From Candidatus Poseidoniaceae archaeon (lineage in GTDB: Archaea > Thermoplasmatota > Poseidoniia > Poseidoniales > Poseidoniaceae): a stretch of 64,000 nt of DNA. Under the pieces are notes generated by a model, which saw only the letters and a list, made by a program, of their open reading frames with translations, was not told where the DNA came from and did not search any database. Shown piece after piece: positions 17,205 through 27,700 of the stretch. A program made the translations under genes and the position numbers. Each line of letters starts with the position of its first letter. The first letter of the stretch is position 1. The stretch spans positions 786 to 64,785 of the forward strand of contig JAPKCS010000008.1 of the NCBI GenBank assembly GCA_028822845.1, written 5' to 3'.

Positions 17205-19871
17205 ATGGCAACCGTCGTTCATCCGTTTCTCACGGACGGCGTCGAGGCTCGTGCCTACCAAATGAGAGCCCTGCGCTCTGCCCTCACCTCATCAACACTC
17301 ATGGTGATGCCCACTGGCTTTGGGAAAACAGCCGTCGAATGGATGGCCATGGCAGAGGCCCTCAGGCTCAAACGTGGCAAGGTCCTGCTCATCGCCCCAA
17401 CAACTGGTCTTGTCGATCAACAGCGGCGTATGGCAATTGAAATGCTCGCGATTGACAAGGATTCAATCATCACCTACACTGGAGAAGTCAGTCCAGCAAA
17501 ACGCCCCCCGCTCTGGGCAAAGGGAAGCGTCATCATGGCCACATCACAAGTCATCCGCAACGATGCAACAACCGGCACCATCGATCTCAGTGAAGTTGGC
17601 TTGTTGATTGTCGATGAGGCCCATCACAGCACCGGCAACCATGCCTATGCACAGGTTGGCGACCTTTACCTCACCGCCAACCCTGAGGCGCTTGTTCTTG
17701 GCGCCACGGCAAGTCCTGGCTCGACGGAGCCTCACATTCTTGAGGTGGCTCGAAGGCTCGGTATCGAACGCCTTGATGTTTGCAAGAAGGAAGATCCATT
17801 GCTGGGCCCTTACACTGTGAAGCTGGACAACATCCCTCATCGGTTGGCCTTACCGCCTGAACTCAATGCCCTGCTCCATCCTCTGCAAGCCCATCAAGAC
17901 GAAGAAGCGGAACACCTGCGTCGGCTGGGCTTCCTTGCACCAACTGGTCACCTCTCATCCAAATTGATCGAAGAAGCTCAACGAAGAGCAAGTACGGCGA
18001 TTCAACGCAGGGACCGACGCGGGTATGATGCTGCTCGGCGCATTGGCGATTTGAGACGCACTCATTTGTTGCTGGACCTGTTGCGCACTCAAGGGACCAC
18101 TTCCGCATTGTCTTTTTTACAACGAGCGGAGGACGATGGGCGAACTGGTGAACGAACCACCAATCGGTTTGTCGGTCTTCCTGCCATCCATGCCTTTCGA
18201 ACCGCTGGAAAGGATGTTGGCGAGTTGCATCCAAAACCTGCCTATGTACAAGCATTGGTTGAAAAACAGCGGTTCGAAAACCCCGACAGTAAAATCCTCA
18301 TCTTTACCGAATACAGAGACACTGTTGAGCATCTTGTCAAAAGATTAAGCGGCATTGAAGGAATCAATGTTGACAAGTTTATTGGCCAGTCAGGCAAAGG
18401 CAAGCGGAAAGGAATGACTCAGAAGGAACAACTCGCCCAGTTAAACCGTTTTCGAGAAGGCGACCTCAACATCCTTGTCGCTACATCCGTAGGCGAGGAA
18501 GGCCTCGATGTCCCCGCTGCTGATCTGGTGATCCTCTACGAACCAGTAGCAAGTGCCATCCGAGCGATTCAACGGCGTGGACGTACCGCACGCCAACGAG
18601 CTGGAAGCGTCCATACCCTCATCGCCGCCGATACCAGGGACGAATACGTCAACATTGCAGCAGAACGGAGAGAGGCGAAAATGTACACATTGTTGCAGCG
18701 TATCCATGACCGAGGACGCTTACCTCGACGTCCACCGCCTCCACAAGATGTGCTTCAGGCGTTCACGGTGGTGCACGAAGGCATCGAGCAGACACCACAG
18801 GCCTTTATCGAAGCGGAAACCGAGCGTTTAACCCCCGAACCAGAAGCGAATGCACCGCCTGAAGATTCTATAGAGCGAGTCGTAAAGAAGAAGCAAGCAC
18901 CTGTACTCAGTCCAATCGACCAGCGCCCTCGCCAACAGATGGGTCTTGATCAATTCACAACCCCGCAGGAACAAAAACCAACACAGTCACCATCGATTGA
19001 ACCAACGCCAACATCACAAGACCCACAGTCAGGGCCAATTCTTGATGGGAAAGCGCACAGGGAACGTGAACAACTCGCCGCTGCCGCTGCTGCTGCCAGC
19101 ATCACAGCGATGCAGGTTGGAACCGTACCAGGATCGAGCATCATCCTCGATCACCGAGAAGCGAACTCCAGTTTGGCCCCCCACCTCAAGAGCATGGGGG
19201 CACATGTAGCCTTCAAGCACCTTACAAGCGGTGATATCCAGCTCTCCGAAAGAGTGCTGATCGAAAGAAAAACCGCACGGGATCTCGTGACATCATTGAC
19301 CGACGGTCGGCTTCTTCATCAGTGTCGCCGACTGAATGCTGCCGCTTTACGTCCCCTCTTATTGGTCGAAATCGGTGACGGGCACGGCCAAGCGGTTCAC
19401 CCTGATGCGGTGCATGGCGCTCTTGCCTACATCAGCCTCGACCTCGGCATGCCTGTTATGATGACAAAGAATCCAGAGGAAACCGCTCGTTTCCTGATTG
19501 CTGCAGCACGGCGAGAACATGACGTCATGGAGCGTTGGGCCTTTGAAAGTCTGCAGCGAGCACCCGATCTGGACGATGAACGGGCCATTGAACGAGCCAC
19601 ATCTGCCGCTGCAGCAGAAATCAAAGCGATTGAACTTGGTGAAGATGGCACGACACCGCTTGGCCAGCGTTGGCCAAGTCATGCCAAGGAAGAACAGACC
19701 GCAGTGCTCGCCTCCATTGACGGAGTTGGACCCACCAGGGCTGCGGCTTTGATCGATGCTTTTGGAAACATTGCTGGAGTCTTCGCAGCAAGTAAGGAAG
19801 CGTTGCTCGGTGCAAAAAACATAGGTGCTACGACAGCGATGAGTGTCTACCAAATTCTTCACGAAGGCTGA
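17205..19871 (+). CDS. hef: Hef (helicase-associated endonuclease for fork-structured DNA; XPF/FANCM family)
   Basis: An SF2 helicase (MPTGFGKT, DEAHH, ATSVGEEGLDVP, QRRGRTAR) is followed by a long P/Q/E-rich linker. Then come the ERCC4 nuclease (ILDHRE...GDIQLSERVLIERKTARDL) and a C-terminal HhH2 (IDGVGPTRAAALIDAFG). Confidence 0.9.
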   Translation: MATVVHPFLTDGVEARAYQMRALRSALTSSTLMVMPTGFGKTAVEWMAMAEALRLKRGKVLLIAPTTGLVDQQRRMAIEMLAIDKDSIITYTGEVSPAKRPPLWAKGSVIMATSQVIRNDATTGTIDLSEVGLLIVDEAHHSTGNHAYAQVGDLYLTANPEALVLGATASPGSTEPHILEVARRLGIERLDVCKKEDPLLGPYTVKLDNIPHRLALPPELNALLHPLQAHQDEEAEHLRRLGFLAPTGHLSSKLIEEAQRRASTAIQRRDRRGYDAARRIGDLRRTHLLLDLLRTQGTTSALSFLQRAEDDGRTGERTTNRFVGLPAIHAFRTAGKDVGELHPKPAYVQALVEKQRFENPDSKILIFTEYRDTVEHLVKRLSGIEGINVDKFIGQSGKGKRKGMTQKEQLAQLNRFREGDLNILVATSVGEEGLDVPAADLVILYEPVASAIRAIQRRGRTARQRAGSVHTLIAADTRDEYVNIAAERREAKMYTLLQRIHDRGRLPRRPPPPQDVLQAFTVVHEGIEQTPQAFIEAETERLTPEPEANAPPEDSIERVVKKKQAPVLSPIDQRPRQQMGLDQFTTPQEQKPTQSPSIEPTPTSQDPQSGPILDGKAHREREQLAAAAAAASITAMQVGTVPGSSIILDHREANSSLAPHLKSMGAHVAFKHLTSGDIQLSERVLIERKTARDLVTSLTDGRLLHQCRRLNAAALRPLLLVEIGDGHGQAVHPDAVHGALAYISLDLGMPVMMTKNPEETARFLIAAARREHDVMERWAFESLQRAPDLDDERAIERATSAAAAEIKAIELGEDGTTPLGQRWPSHAKEEQTAVLASIDGVGPTRAAALIDAFGNIAGVFAASKEALLGAKNIGATTAMSVYQILHEG

Positions 19872-19872
19872 A

Positions 19873-20733
19873 TCAGCCGCCGATGACAAGTGCGCGAACT
19901 CGGAGTTGTGCGAAGCGATCTGGGAAGTGCCCCAATGCAAACGCAATGAGTTCAGCAAGATGGACGATTGGCATTGAGGTGTCCTTTCCACTTACCTTTC
20001 CTGCTTTGGACTGATACGAATCAAGGTTGGAGTGGGAGATTGTGCAAGCGCTCACCATCATGTCTGCTCCGCTGCTTTTTGCATCGGCCAACACAGAGGC
20101 TGTCATCTTCATCACTGGCTTGGTGATGGTCAACAAGGCAGGTGCACCGACGCTTTGGCACTTTGAGTCGTAATCGACGGGTGTGCCACCAAGGGCCATG
20201 ATCAGCTGTTCGAGGTACGACGGCATGAACGGGTCGTCGCCTGCGGTTGCACCTTGGCGTTGCATGTTTGGCCCATAGTAAGGGGCGACATTCAAACGAA
20301 TAGGATTGATGACGGCATCTCGAATTTTATCGAGTCCGACTTCTTCGACCAGCAAATGCAACAAATGGCGTGGTTGAGATTCGCCTTTGTATTCGATGCC
20401 GGTGGTTCGAGCGATGAGGTTGTTGATGGTGTTTGCAAACCCAGCGTCGGATGAAAATTCATCGACGGTGTCGCACATGATTCCGTAACTGGTGGCGCAG
20501 GTGGTCATGACATCAACGCCTTTGGTTTCAGCGAGTGCAAGGTTGCGAGCAACCAAAGCATGTTGCAATTTAGGAGAAGATTGCTTGATGATGTTCCCAC
20601 CATCGCTGGATGCTTTTGGAATTTCAATCAATTGAATCCCAAGAGTTTTGCACAGTGGTTGAAGACAGTCTTCAACTTCAGAAGAGGCTGCACGAGCGGT
20701 GTTTCCGGGGTAATATGCAATTTTCAAAGCCAT
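19873..20733 (-). CDS. HdrB-like (CCG-domain) protein lacking most cluster-ligand cysteines
   Basis: It is collinear with heterodisulfide reductase subunit B as I recall it (IAYYPG.., ARNLALAETKGVDVMTTC, TGIEYKGESQPRHLL..VGLDK, LNVAPYYG, SGADMMVSAC.ISH, MPIVHLAELIAFALG). The CCG-motif positions read SSDGG and CQSVG, and GC reads GN/GP. A GAGGTG lies 9 nt after the stop of the upstream gene. Confidence 0.75.
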   Translation of the reverse strand: MALKIAYYPGNTARAASSEVEDCLQPLCKTLGIQLIEIPKASSDGGNIIKQSSPKLQHALVARNLALAETKGVDVMTTCATSYGIMCDTVDEFSSDAGFANTINNLIARTTGIEYKGESQPRHLLHLLVEEVGLDKIRDAVINPIRLNVAPYYGPNMQRQGATAGDDPFMPSYLEQLIMALGGTPVDYDSKCQSVGAPALLTITKPVMKMTASVLADAKSSGADMMVSACTISHSNLDSYQSKAGKVSGKDTSMPIVHLAELIAFALGHFPDRFAQLRVRALVIGG

Positions 20734-20742
20734 AGAAACACC

Positions 20743-22908
20743 TCAGAACCTCTGGTCGATTTCGTTGAACAGGCTAATCACTTCATGATGCGCTTCGATT
20801 TTCCTGTTGATCATGTTCGGAATCTTCCCGACACCAGCTGGAGGGGCGACAAGAGCCTGTAGGCTTCGAATTGGAGGTGCACCGGTTCGTGTGAATCCGA
20901 GGAACATACGGGCAGATACACCATCGAAGATGTTGCTGATCAGCCCGACAGGTCCGAGGACTTGGCGGTAAAGTGTGGTTTCATTGACGTTGCCACTCCA
21001 CTTGACACTGCGCCCGTACCACTTGACGAGGCGTCCGTGTGGGCCGGTGTAGTTGGTGACGTTGAGCAGGTGACTTCGTGCCGCATTCAGGGCTTTAGAA
21101 GCGGTGCGACCTTCAGAACCATACCGAGCAATTGATGCCATGTCTGCTTCTGACCAGAGGCCATGTTCTGCATCCAGCAATCCCGCAAGGGAGGCTTTCT
21201 GTGCCTCGCCTGTCCGAGGGTCAAGGGTTCGAGTCCAATGCTGAAGAAGCACTGCTGGACCCTTGTAGGATTCATCGAAGGGAACGGTGTCCGACATTGC
21301 ATGAAGCAATTGGTAGGACGTCACGTCGGTCATGGCGTGAAGGGTTGAGGCGGTTTCAGAGTCCATGGTACCCATGGCACTTCCGTTGATCAGCGTTGCA
21401 CCTTCGCGCGGATCTGCTCGTAGCCAAGGCTTGCTTTGGCTGCGGTTTGCTTCAAAGCCAGAATAGTCCACCATCAAATCACGAATGACTGGGTAACCTG
21501 GCAGTGGTTCAATCTTGAGTTCGCCACTTTCGCCAACCAAATCGCTGATGCAAGCCATGTCGGCTAACACAACTCGTCCATTGACGCGAACACCACTCGT
21601 TGGGGACCCGTTTCCATTTCCACGTCGGAAGGAAAAGCTGCCGTCAACATCTTGTTGAATGGCAGTGAGAAGGTCTTCGAGTGTTGCATGACCTGGAACT
21701 GCACAAGCGATGGTGTCCCATCCCGATTCATTGGCTGTGGGGCAGTAACGGAACAAGGAGAGGGTAATGGAAAGGTCTGCTTGGACGATCATGCCAGGTG
21801 CGAAGTCGCCGTCATCAACTTCAGCCGAGGTTCCTGAACCATAGGTGATCATCTCATCGAGGAGAACTTCTTGAAGGGTTCCCGATTCATCGACGCATGC
21901 GAGCATAGGGAGCGCTTGAGAGACCCATTGTGACCAAGGTGTGTCGAAGTCAACATCGCAAAGTTGGATGTCTTGGACACGCTTTGCGCCAAGTTCGACG
22001 TACTTGTCATCCCAGTCGGTTCCTGCTTTACAGAATTCATCATAGGATGAATCGCCAATTGCACAGATGCTGAAGTGAACATTCGAGAGCGATGGTTTTC
22101 CGCTGCTGACGGTGTTCCACAATGTCTCGGCATTGTCTGGCATTTCGCCTTCGCCCCATGTGGAAGTGATGATGAGGGTGCGGGAATGGGCATTGAGTTT
22201 CCCTGCATCGAACCCGTCCATGTCGTAAATCGTTGGAATAAGGCCGTAATCTGCGGCGAGTTTTGCTGTTTTGTCAGCAAGTCCAGCAGCGTTACCGGTT
22301 TGAGAACCAAACAAGATAGCAAGGCTTCTGTCCCCGCCCATCAAGGCTTGGAACGCCTCGCTTCCACCTGTTGCCATCGCTGCAGCAGGAACTGCTGTAG
22401 ATTCTGAAGCGGATTCTATGTTTGCAGATTCATCGTAAGCGCCGCCGTCAACTTCAGCCATTTTAGGGAGCACTGAGTTCGCCCATTCTTGCCACGGGGC
22501 TTCGTATTCTACATCGCAAAGTTGAGTGTTGTGCACTCTTTTGGCACCAAGTGAAGTGAACTTCTCGTCCCAGTCAGTACCGGCTTTACAAAATTCAGGG
22601 TACGAACTGTCTCCTATCGCGCATATGGAGAAATTGACGTTCGCAAGGGGGGGGTTTGATTCGTTTGTTGCAGCCCACAAATCCTCTGCGTTGTCTGGCA
22701 TTTCGCCATCGCCCCAAGTGGATGTGATGATCAAAATGCGCTTGTGATCAGGGAACTTGGCCGGATCGAAGCCATGCATGTCGATGACCTTTGGATGAAA
22801 TCCCATCTTCTTAGCCATTTTTGCCGTATTACCTGCCAATTCTTCTGCGTTCCCTGTTTGGGAACCAAAGAAAATTGCCAGCTCTGGATTACCTGTGATG
22901 GAAGTCAT
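20743..22908 (-). CDS. fusion protein: two tandem flavodoxin (FMN-binding) modules plus a cysteine-depleted SdhB/FrdB-like domain plus a ~110-aa C-terminal extension
   Basis: Residues about 10-150 and 196-335 are paralogous flavodoxin modules (FGSQTGNA, ITSTWG[DE]GEMPDNAE, FSICAIGDSSY.EFCKAGTDWD). Residues about 378-615 are collinear with the succinate dehydrogenase Fe-S subunit (LFRY.P, FSFRR, VNG, KIEPLPGYPVIRDLMVDYSGF, YKGPAVLLQHW) with the cluster cysteines replaced. Confidence 0.75.
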   Translation of the reverse strand: MTSITGNPELAIFFGSQTGNAEELAGNTAKMAKKMGFHPKVIDMHGFDPAKFPDHKRILIITSTWGDGEMPDNAEDLWAATNESNPPLANVNFSICAIGDSSYPEFCKAGTDWDEKFTSLGAKRVHNTQLCDVEYEAPWQEWANSVLPKMAEVDGGAYDESANIESASESTAVPAAAMATGGSEAFQALMGGDRSLAILFGSQTGNAAGLADKTAKLAADYGLIPTIYDMDGFDAGKLNAHSRTLIITSTWGEGEMPDNAETLWNTVSSGKPSLSNVHFSICAIGDSSYDEFCKAGTDWDDKYVELGAKRVQDIQLCDVDFDTPWSQWVSQALPMLACVDESGTLQEVLLDEMITYGSGTSAEVDDGDFAPGMIVQADLSITLSLFRYCPTANESGWDTIACAVPGHATLEDLLTAIQQDVDGSFSFRRGNGNGSPTSGVRVNGRVVLADMACISDLVGESGELKIEPLPGYPVIRDLMVDYSGFEANRSQSKPWLRADPREGATLINGSAMGTMDSETASTLHAMTDVTSYQLLHAMSDTVPFDESYKGPAVLLQHWTRTLDPRTGEAQKASLAGLLDAEHGLWSEADMASIARYGSEGRTASKALNAARSHLLNVTNYTGPHGRLVKWYGRSVKWSGNVNETTLYRQVLGPVGLISNIFDGVSARMFLGFTRTGAPPIRSLQALVAPPAGVGKIPNMINRKIEAHHEVISLFNEIDQRF

Positions 22909-22925
22909 GAGATGTCACTACCCTT

Positions 22926-22941
22926 GTGCAACTTGTTGCAC
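22926..22941. promoter_or_regulatory. perfect 7-2-7 inverted repeat GTGCAAC-TT-GTTGCAC upstream of the flavodoxin-fusion gene
   Basis: Read directly from the sequence. It lies 18-33 nt upstream of the ATG at 22908, in the 125-nt gap after the thermosome gene. Confidence 0.3.
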
Positions 22942-23033
22942 ACCGCAGTGGTCTTTGAAGGTTATCATTTGCAATGATGATTTTTTGGCTCTGTTGTTTG
23001 TTTTGAGGGAGGGGGGCAAGATCTTGCCAAACA

Positions 23034-24656
23034 TCACATTTGGAAGTCGCCCATGCCACCCATGTCATCGCCCATCGACACGCCTTTCGAAGAAATGACG
23101 TCGTCAATTCGCAAGATCATGATTGCAGTTTCGGTAGCAGACTGAATCGCTTGTTCAACAACACGCATTGGCTCGACAACGTTGGCTTCCTTCATGTCAA
23201 CAACGCCACCTTCGTAGACATTGATTCCAGCGTGGGAATGACCATCAGCATGTGCTTTGCGCAATTCGATGAGGGTCGTCACGGGGTCCAGTCCTGCGTT
23301 TTCTGCGAGGGTGCGAGGAATGATTTCGAGGGCAGAAGCAAAGGCTTCGATTGCCATTTGTTCACGGCCGCCGACACCTTCTGCATAGGTCCGAAGATCA
23401 CGAGAGAGAGCTGCGAGCACACTGCCGCCCCCGGTAAGGACTGCGCCATCTTCCCAAGCCACTGAAACAACACCAACAGCATCGTCAAACGCTCGGCGGA
23501 TTTCATCGACCACGTGTTCGGTACCGCCACGGAGCAGCACAGAAACAGACTTTGCTTCTGGGCAGCCGGTGATGAAGGTCATATCGGATTCGCCGATCTT
23601 GCGCTCTTCTACCTTAGCGGCGTGGCCCAAATCATCAGGGGACAAATCGTCTAAGTTGGTGACAATACGGCCACTGGTCGCCTTGGAAAGGGCTTCCATA
23701 TCGGATTTCTTAGCTCGGCGGATTGCGAATATTCCAGCTTTGGCCATGTAATGCTGAGCCAATTCATCGATGCCTTTCTGGCAGACGAGAACTGTTGCTC
23801 CTGCGGCTTGGATTTTCTCGACAAGTCCACGGATGTAATTCTCTTCTTCTTCAAGGAAAAGAGCAAGTTGGCTTGGGTCAGTGATTTGGATTTTAGCGTC
23901 GACTTCAGTCTTCTTGACTTCAATCGCTGAGTTCACAAGCGCTATCTTAGCATCTGCGATGGTGCGAGGCATGCCTGCGTGGACGCGCTCTTTGTCGAGC
24001 AGAATACCGTCGATGAGGGATGAATCCTTGATGGACCCACCTTGTCGCTTTTCAACCTTGATATCGCTCAAATCAACGATGCGTTCATCGCCTTCAATAA
24101 CACCAACAGCGTTCACTGCTCGGACACAAATGTCTGCCATGAAGCTCTTGACTGCGCCAGCGGACTTACCCGTCAAGGCCGTCTTTGCAACTTCGGTGAG
24201 GACAGCGTCATCATTGTGCGTTGCAATCCCGTGGTTTTGAAGCAATTCAACTGCTTTTTCTGCAGCAAGTCGGAAGCCTTCGCAAATCACAGTCGGATGC
24301 ACGTTTTGTTCGATCAGGTCTTCACTGCGCTTGAGTAACTCGCCAGAAAGAACGACCGCTGAGGTGGTTCCGTCATAGCAGTGCTGTTCTTGCGTTTTTG
24401 CAACTTCGATGATCATCTTGGCAGCAGGGTGGTCGATGTCCATTTCCTTGAGGATGGTTGCGCCATCATTGGTGATGACGACGTCGCCCATCGAATCGAC
24501 GAGCATCTTGTCCATGCCCTTTGGTCCAAGGGTTGAGCGCACTGCATCTGCAACTGCTTTCGCTGCTGCGATGTTGTTTGATTGGGCACTTCGTCCACGC
24601 GTTCGTTGGGTGCCATCTTTGAGGATGAAGATTGGGGCTTGGCCGTTTCCGTACAT
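23034..24656 (-). CDS. ths: thermosome subunit (group II chaperonin)
   Basis: 540 aa with [36 protein letters not shown] and [11 protein letters not shown], ending in a GGMG-type tail. Confidence 0.95.
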   Translation of the reverse strand: MYGNGQAPIFILKDGTQRTRGRSAQSNNIAAAKAVADAVRSTLGPKGMDKMLVDSMGDVVITNDGATILKEMDIDHPAAKMIIEVAKTQEQHCYDGTTSAVVLSGELLKRSEDLIEQNVHPTVICEGFRLAAEKAVELLQNHGIATHNDDAVLTEVAKTALTGKSAGAVKSFMADICVRAVNAVGVIEGDERIVDLSDIKVEKRQGGSIKDSSLIDGILLDKERVHAGMPRTIADAKIALVNSAIEVKKTEVDAKIQITDPSQLALFLEEEENYIRGLVEKIQAAGATVLVCQKGIDELAQHYMAKAGIFAIRRAKKSDMEALSKATSGRIVTNLDDLSPDDLGHAAKVEERKIGESDMTFITGCPEAKSVSVLLRGGTEHVVDEIRRAFDDAVGVVSVAWEDGAVLTGGGSVLAALSRDLRTYAEGVGGREQMAIEAFASALEIIPRTLAENAGLDPVTTLIELRKAHADGHSHAGINVYEGGVVDMKEANVVEPMRVVEQAIQSATETAIMILRIDDVISSKGVSMGDDMGGMGDFQM

Positions 24657-24739
24657 GATGAATCGCTCCTTGCAATCTCAGCGGAGGTCGAGACAGTCTT
24701 GAACCCTACGCTTGTTCAGCAACGAAGCAAAACAGGGCA

Positions 24740-27700
24740 TCAAGCCATTCCGTTCTGCTCCAGCCACTTTTGGCCGTAGACTTCCCATTGCTCCATGGTC
24801 CAGCCTTCAGGAAGGCCGGCAGCTGGGATTGGAGGGGTCTTTGAGACGGGTGCTGCAGCGGCCGGAGCGGGCGCTGCAGGGGCGGGCGCCATAGCCGGTT
24901 GAGCAGCGGCGGGAGGCAGTGAAGAGGGTAAAGCCCCAGGCACTGGCACTGTTGGAGCAGAAGCAACGGCTCCGTAGGTCGCTTCCAGACTGTTTTCATA
25001 GCCTTCTTCGCCCCATCCACCGTATTCATCTTCCTCTTCTTCTGTGCGTAAGATGTTCAAAATCACATACACGCCGACACCCATCATTGCAGCAAATCCG
25101 ACCCACATCAAGATGCTTCCAACTGGTAAGCCGTCATCTGCGCCTGCTACGCCATCAGCATCGTTTGATTTCTTGATCAGAATAACTTGGAGGTTGCTGT
25201 TTGCGGCATCGCTGACAGTCTCTGAGCGGGCCCAGAGGGTCAAGTTGGTCGATAAGGAATCCGAGCCGAGGTTCAAGAGCGTTGTTTCCGAGACTTCGAA
25301 GTACACGGTCACTTCACGTTCTTCCTCAACGGCAAGGACGAACGAACGGTCGTTGCTTGCGATTCGTGTTTGAACATAGGCTGATGATTCACCGTTGTCC
25401 AAGTCGATGGTCACTGATTGGGCGGTTGTGTATTGGTTTCGTACCTTCACCGTCATGCTCCATTCTTCAGCAGGTTCTGCTTCATCAATGGTGATGGGTG
25501 CTGCCGGGAGGATCTTCAGCCAGTTTTGAGAACCAACAAGGTAAGTTGCTGAACCTTGAGCGTTAATCAAAGCATCATTGACGCTCGTAGCGATGATGTC
25601 GAGGGTGAGTTGGCCAGAGGTTCCCGATTCGAATGAGAAACGGACGGTCACGTTGTAGCTCGCTGCGGTTTCAATTTCAGGGGTTGCCCCGTCAAACAAA
25701 TTGGTGAATTCAATGGTCATGCCATCTGGGACATTCGCCGTCATGGTGAATCGGTCTGGGCTGTTGCCATCGTTGCGAACTTCGAACGCCATCGTTTGCG
25801 CAGGATCGCCAGGAATGTAGGATTGGTCTGCATCTTCATCAGAGACATCGACGGCTGCAGTGTCCAGGATCTCAACGCTGAGAGCGACCGATTTTCTGAC
25901 CAAGGGGTCATCGACGCTGGTGGCTGTAACCGTAACACCGTAGAGGCCGGGAGTGAGACCAACAGGCATTGGGAGGTTCAACTGGATGATGCCTTCGCCG
26001 TCCCATGCATCAAGCACGGAGGTTTGAGCACCGGCGAGGTTTGCCCCAAGAAGCCAGTTTTGCTGAGTGAGTGAAAGGTCGTACTGCTCATCGTCATTGC
26101 CTGTGTTAAACACGGTAATGTAGACTTTCTTGGCAATGCCATTCGCTGGGGCTTGGATGTTCAGTTCTTCAGCCTCGAGGCTCAGTTCACGGTACACGGG
26201 CACCATGATGTTGCGGACGAGGACATCGTTGCCTGCAAGAGAAGTTCCACAGGACGGGCATGTTGCACGTAAATTGAAACTCACATAGGGACTGTTTTCG
26301 GTCCCAAGCGCTGGCATGGCCATTGAATCAGCCGTGACGTTGAGGTTGAAGTTCGTTGCTTGACCCCTGAGGAGGACAATCGGGTTCTGGACAATGGCGC
26401 CTTGATCATCCATGACAAGCCCAATCCAACCTGGCTTGGAAAAGGTTGTAGCGAGGTTAAACGCTGCGTCTTTATTGCCTGAGTTGAGCAAACGGAACGG
26501 GATCAGTCCGGATTCACCCGGTGCAAGGGTCTGAGCGAGGATACCAACCGTACTGGTCAGCGCAACACCGTATTGCTCAGTGACTGCAACAGGCATGGAT
26601 AAACGGGACTTTTCGCCACCGTTTTGGTTGCTGGCATCGGTGAACCATAGGGACCAAGATTGTTGTTGAACATCTGCACCTGGAGGGATCGAAAGGTTGA
26701 CCCACACTTCAACGGTCTCGCCGGCTTTAATGCCAGGCATGAGCACATTTGTGTCATGATCGTTGCTGTTTGGAACATCGATTCGAATCATCTGCATGGC
26801 GGGATCCATCCATGTCAAATTCGAGACATTCGATTGAACACGTACCGAGGCGGTGGAGTAACCATTGTTGGTGACTTGACAACGCAAAATCAGCAGGTCA
26901 TTTGGTGGGGCTGTGTAACCGTTGGTAGGGTTGTCACAATCCACGCCAAGGGTGTAATCTTGGACCTTACTGATACCGAATTGAATGAAGTCGTCAACGT
27001 GGAACCCTTGAGAGGCGCCACCTGAATCGGAGTGAAGAAGCAGGCCCATGCTCCATGAGTTGCCACCGAGGAACAAATCCGGGTTGGAAAGCGTGGATAT
27101 TTGCGACCAGTCGGCCTGTGGATCCCAACTGAGGTTGGTCCACTGACCAGGGGCCTGACTTGGATTTCCGTTGCTCAAATCCCAGTGAAGCGATTCCATG
27201 GCATTGCTGTAATTTCCGGAACTGCGCCACAATTCGATGCTCACGCTGTCACCAGATTGTACACTGCCCCATGCTTGGAGATGGAATTGTGATGAAATAT
27301 AATCACCCGCAAAGAAGGAATTTCGACAAATCCAGGTTTGGTACGACTTCACAAGTTCATTGTCAATTTGGCCACCAGAGCCACATTGGCTGTTTGGATT
27401 GAGGTAAGCGTAGACAAGGCGATCATGGGCACCCGATGGGTAGTTGCTGTCCGAATCAGGGGAATTCGCCCAATGATCGGACCCCACCGCTCCACCAGAG
27501 TTTGTTTGCCACGACCCTTGACCATAGGTCTCCCCTTGAGAACTTCCAGTTCCATCAGCCATGTACCGGGCAGGGAAAAACGATGGTTGACCCGTGAAGG
27601 ATGTGCCGTCAAAAGAATCGCTCATGATCGCGACAGGGACGGACGTTTCTTTGATGTCGTTGTCGTTTCGGTCATCGCCGTTTGAGTCCTTGTCTGTCAT

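Noticed and set aside
23015-23028. Palindrome GGCAAGATCTTGCC 6 nt after the thermosome stop, considered as an intrinsic terminator.
   Set aside because: On the transcribed (minus) strand the hairpin is followed by a C/A-rich stretch, not an oligo-U tract. The T-runs lie on the opposite strand. It may still be a stabilising 3' hairpin, but the evidence for termination is weak.
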